The notes beneath the pieces were generated by a model. The model saw only the letters and a program-made list of their open reading frames with translations, had not been told where the DNA came from and searched no databases. Source: an uncultured Gammaproteobacteria bacterium (lineage in GTDB: Bacteria; Pseudomonadota; Gammaproteobacteria; Steroidobacterales; Steroidobacteraceae). Taken from it: a DNA stretch of 64,000 nt. The position numbers and the translations under genes are program-made. The stretch covers positions 16,227-80,226 of the forward strand of contig CAVZTF010000005.1 in the NCBI GenBank assembly GCA_963778185.1. Reading direction: 5' to 3'. Positions 61,256 to 64,000 of this stretch are shown in pieces. Each line of letters starts with the position of its first letter. Position 1 is the first letter of the stretch.

Positions 61256-63171
61256 GCTTGCTCTCCCGGCGCTGCGGCCAGCCTGTCGAGGATCACCTTG
61301 TGGATCGTCCCCGGCTTGATCGGCCGGCCGCGAACCTCGGTCCAGCAGTCGATGTCCACCAGGAAGCGCGCCCGCAACATCCAGGCGAGCGCGGAGTAGC
61401 GGCGGTTGTCCGCGTCGATGATCGGCTCATCGATGCGGTCGGCCCAGTTGTTCTCGATCGTGATCACCTTGCGGAATCGCTTGAGGATGCCGCCGATGCC
61501 CGGCGGCATGGGCTGGATGAAGCGCAGGTGCAGGGAGGAGACGGCGTGGCCATCCTTGCGCACCCGCCCGACGGCCTCCTCGATCGCGCCGCGCGTGCTG
61601 CCCCAGCCGACGACCAGCAGCTCGCCCTCCGGGTCACCGAACACCTCCGGCGGCTGCAGGGTCTTCGCCAGCGCGGCGAGCTTGTTGCTGCGATTGCGCA
61701 GGCCTTCCTCGTTGTTGGCCGGGTCGTAGGCCACCTTGCTCGACCGATCGTGCGCGAGGCCCGTGAGCGTGTGCATGCCGTTCGGCTGTCCCGGCACGAA
61801 GCGCTGGAACAACCCCGTCATCGCGTCCCAGCCGTAGGGCGTCGCGTCCGGCGGCACCGGGCTCTGGTCGATGGGCGGCGCCAGCCAGCCCTCGCTGAAC
61901 TGGGGGCGCGGGAAGGGCTGCTGCGCGGTGGAGAGGGCCGCGTCGGAGAGCACCACGACCACCATGTTGAAGGTCTCGGCGATCTTGCGCGCGGTGATCA
62001 TCGAGTAGAAGCAGTCCTCGATGCCGCTCGCCGCCATCACCACCTTGGGCGCATCGCCATGGCTGCCGTAGCAGGCCGTCAGCAGGTCGCCCTGCTCCAC
62101 CTTGGTGGGCTGGCCCGTGCTCGGCCCGCCACGCTGCACGTTGAGCACCACCAGCGGTATCTCGGCCATGACGGCGAGCCCGATCGCCTCCTGCTTGAGG
62201 GAATAGCCGGGCCCCGACGTGACGGTGACGGCGCACTTGCCCGCGTAGGACGCCCCGATCGCGAACGTGACGGCCGCGATCTCATCCTCCGCCTGGTGCA
62301 CGAGGCCGCCGACCTTCTCGAAGACGTCGCTCAGGTAGTGCGACACCGAGGTCGCCGGCGTGATCGGGTACATGGCGCAGATCTCCATGCCCGAGGCCAG
62401 GATGCCGAGCGCCGCCGCCGTATTGCCGTTCACGACGATCTGCGGCTCGCTCGACTGCACCGCCGGAATGCGGAACTTCAGGTCGAGGTTGGCCTCGGCC
62501 CACAGCCAGCCCGCGTCGAGCAGCGCCATGTTGGCCTTCACGACCTTCTCGTCCTTCTTGCGCAGCGCGTACGCCACCTGCTCGCGACCGAGCGCCGGGT
62601 CGAGGCTGTAGATGCTGCACAGCATGCCGAGCACGAACATGTTCTTGCCGCGACGCGCGTCGGAAACGAGCTTCAGGCATTCGCGCTCGAGCGGGACCTC
62701 GTTGACGCGGTACCCGTCCGCCCGCAGGCGATCCACGGTCTCGGCATACAACGCGGCGACCTTCGGGTCGCGATGCTCGCGCCACATGGACTCGAGCAGG
62801 ATGGTGCAGCCGGGTTTCAACTCGCCGTCGCGCACGCGCCCGAGCAGCACCTGCTCGTTGAAGGCAACCACCAGGTCGGTCTCGTCGCCGCCGTTGGTCA
62901 CCGGGCCCGCGCCCATGCGGATACGGATGCCGCTCGCACCGGCCACGCTGCGCGCGGGGGGCTGGATTTCCGCCGGGATGATCTCGACGGTCCAGATCCC
63001 GTTGCCCATCTTGGCCGCGATCGCCGCGAGCGACTGGCCGCAGCGCTGCGCGCCCTCGCCCGAGTCGCTGATGACCTCGACGATGTGCTCCTGGAGGGTG
63101 ATTGCCGGCTTCTGGCCGGCGCGAGGACAGGACTCGATGGAGTCGTCCTGCAGTGCGTGCGCTGCTGTCAT
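61252..63171 (-). CDS. korA: 2-oxoglutarate:acceptor oxidoreductase subunit alpha
   Basis: VNGNTAAALGILASGMEICAMYPITPATSVSH...HQAEDEIAA...GGPSTGQPTKVEQGDL. ATGA overlaps on both sides. Confidence 0.9.
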   Translation of the reverse strand: MTAAHALQDDSIESCPRAGQKPAITLQEHIVEVISDSGEGAQRCGQSLAAIAAKMGNGIWTVEIIPAEIQPPARSVAGASGIRIRMGAGPVTNGGDETDLVVAFNEQVLLGRVRDGELKPGCTILLESMWREHRDPKVAALYAETVDRLRADGYRVNEVPLERECLKLVSDARRGKNMFVLGMLCSIYSLDPALGREQVAYALRKKDEKVVKANMALLDAGWLWAEANLDLKFRIPAVQSSEPQIVVNGNTAAALGILASGMEICAMYPITPATSVSHYLSDVFEKVGGLVHQAEDEIAAVTFAIGASYAGKCAVTVTSGPGYSLKQEAIGLAVMAEIPLVVLNVQRGGPSTGQPTKVEQGDLLTACYGSHGDAPKVVMAASGIEDCFYSMITARKIAETFNMVVVVLSDAALSTAQQPFPRPQFSEGWLAPPIDQSPVPPDATPYGWDAMTGLFQRFVPGQPNGMHTLTGLAHDRSSKVAYDPANNEEGLRNRSNKLAALAKTLQPPEVFGDPEGELLVVGWGSTRGAIEEAVGRVRKDGHAVSSLHLRFIQPMPPGIGGILKRFRKVITIENNWADRIDEPIIDADNRRYSALAWMLRARFLVDIDCWTEVRGRPIKPGTIHKVILDRLAAAPGEQA

Positions 63172-64000
63172 GGGTTTGCCGCCGGAGGTTGGGTCGCGCG
63201 CATCGGCGAGCGCACGAGTGCGAATTCGTGTTCGTCGAGGTCGATGCCGAAAAGGCTGCGGGCCGGGTCGTTGCGATCCTCGCAGTAGACGCTCTCGGTG
63301 TCGCGCAGTCCGAGCCAGGCTTTCATGCTGCGGGCCGCGCGCCGCCCCGCGCCCATGGCCTGGATGACCGTGGCGGCGCCGGTGACGATGTCGCCGCCCG
63401 CGTACACGCCGGCAATCGAGGTCGCGAGGTTCTCGTCGGTCGCAATGTAGCCGCGGCGGTCGAGCTTGAACCTGGAGGTCTGGCCGAGGATGGGGTTGGC
63501 ATTGGTGCCGATCGCATAGACGACGAGGTCGGCTTCGATTTCGAATTCGCTGCCCTCCACCGCCACTGGACGGCGGCGCCCGGAGGCGTCCGGCTCCCCG
63601 AGCTCCATGCGCACGCAGCGCAGGCCGCGCACGCCCTTGTGGCCGTCGTCGAGCACTTCGACCGGGCTCGTGAGCCACTCGAACACGATGCCCTCCTCCT
63701 CGGCGTGGTGGACCTCCTCGGCGCGGGCCGGGGCCTCCGTCCGCGAGCGCCGGTAGACGCAGGTGACCCGCTCGGCACCGAGCCTGAGGCACACGCGCAG
63801 CGCGTCCATCGCCGTGTTTCCGGCGCCGATCACGGCGACGCGACGTCCGGGCGGCAGCGGCGTGTCGTAATTCGGGAACTCACGCGCATGCATCAGGTTG
63901 CAGCGCGTCAGGAGCTCGTTGGCCGACAGCACGCCGTTCAGGGACTCGCCGGGAATGCCCATGAAGCTCGGGTAGCCGGCCCCCGTGCCGATGAAGACGG
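63168..64000 (-). CDS. GltD/SudA-like NAD(P)H-dependent FAD oxidoreductase (KorC-like), C-terminal part; the gene runs off the right edge
   Basis: VAVIGAGNTAMDALRVCLRLGAERVTCVYRRS...VYAGGDIVTGAATVIQAMGAGRRAARSM. The frame stays open to position 64000 (..VFIGTGAGYPSFMGIPGE). Confidence 0.85.
   Translation of the reverse strand, partial: VFIGTGAGYPSFMGIPGESLNGVLSANELLTRCNLMHAREFPNYDTPLPPGRRVAVIGAGNTAMDALRVCLRLGAERVTCVYRRSRTEAPARAEEVHHAEEEGIVFEWLTSPVEVLDDGHKGVRGLRCVRMELGEPDASGRRRPVAVEGSEFEIEADLVVYAIGTNANPILGQTSRFKLDRRGYIATDENLATSIAGVYAGGDIVTGAATVIQAMGAGRRAARSMKAWLGLRDTESVYCEDRNDPARSLFGIDLDEHEFALVRSPMRATQPPAANP

Overview
This window is a 64 kb, very GC-rich proteobacterial chromosomal segment. 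The synteny looks beta/gamma-proteobacterial: gyrA-serC-serA-pheA-aroA-cmk-rpsA-ihfB-lapA-lapB, mtaD-ubiG-gph-rmuC, rluB-scpB-scpA-trpS, thrABC, etfBA and korCAB. Most of it is ordinary housekeeping DNA, and many genes are translationally coupled by ATGA/GTGA start-stop overlaps.

Four areas stand out:
1. A roughly 4.4 kb lower-GC island (about 29040-33500) lies between a parvulin gene and orn. It carries a Sec-exported protein that is about 70% perfect AIIGSD hexapeptide repeats, flanked by two convergent, mutually homologous genes I do not recognise. This is my best candidate for an undescribed system.
2. Two nested long palindromic elements (40233-40587) share a conserved roughly 53 nt core and have diverged arms whose changes are mirrored in the partner arm.
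3. A korC-korA-korB operon continues into a 727-aa protein with a C-terminal ferredoxin domain, then a TerB-like gene and a ParA-like gene.
4. The left end is the tail of an exosortase/PEP-CTERM locus with tRNA-Asn and a decayed IS30 remnant.

Technical caveat: at least 17 single-base or two-base indels break otherwise clearly conserved genes, including essential ones (aroA, pheA, serA, thrA). Several sit in G/C homopolymer runs, so I treat most frame breaks as sequence errors rather than pseudogenisation. No rRNA or CRISPR array was seen. Everything here was read by eye from the sequence and the ORF track; no searches were run.
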